IMG/VR virus record: IMGVR_UViG_3300033412_000060 | Span: 1 to 24,727 of that record | Direction: 5' to 3' (one strand) | Source of the DNA: a virus | Taxonomy: Duplodnaviria > Caudoviricetes | DNA: 24,727 bases | Part shown: positions 24,726 to 24,727 of the stretch, piece by piece | Layout of the letters: every line of letters begins with the position of its first letter | Position numbering within the stretch: position 1 is the first letter of the stretch | Position numbers and translations under genes: made by a program | The notes under the pieces: model-generated | What the model was told of the DNA's origin: nothing | Database searches by the model: none | The model's input: the letters and a program-made list of their open reading frames with translations, nothing else

Positions 24726-24727
24726 CG

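Noticed and set aside
1-24727. tRNA genes, CRISPR arrays, integrase/att sites, phage RNA polymerase
   Set aside because: No cloverleaf, repeat-spacer array or matching motifs seen; lifestyle and host cannot be determined from this window.

Overview
This window is a segment of a tailed, most likely podovirus-type, bacteriophage genome with two convergent modules. The + strand (1-14953) is an early/replication arm: small unknown genes, a PrimPol-helicase fusion, a Gp49-family protein, a putative SSB, a family A DNA polymerase, a PD-(D/E)XK nuclease and an SNF2-type helicase. It is driven by five near-consensus sigma70 promoters, each with TTGAC[AT], a 17-bp spacer, an extended -10 TGn and TAT..T. 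The - strand (14913-24727) is a virion arm: adaptor, tail fibre proteins, a head-closure/tail-tube-like protein and DNA ejection proteins, one with a lysozyme-like domain. The main result is a tightly coupled 2-aminoadenine (Z-base) cassette: DUF6378-like gene, purZ, MazG-like dNTP pyrophosphohydrolase and datZ (HD-domain dATPase), so the phage probably replaces A with Z in its DNA. The cassette looks atypical. PurZ keeps the PurA-type Arg in the ribose loop and has an EISQG motif, and the polymerase is substituted at several normally invariant base-pair-sensing positions (motif B Tyr to Thr, pre-C Asn to Ser, HDE to HDS). Other observations: two separately promoted genes share an unrecognised ~90-aa domain, one fused to an RMF/CrpP-like motif; two highly structured intergenic RNA candidates have parallel 3' ends; and the primase gene has a palindromic promoter spacer plus a potentially switchable 5' leader. 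All family assignments come from recognising motifs by eye; no searches were run.
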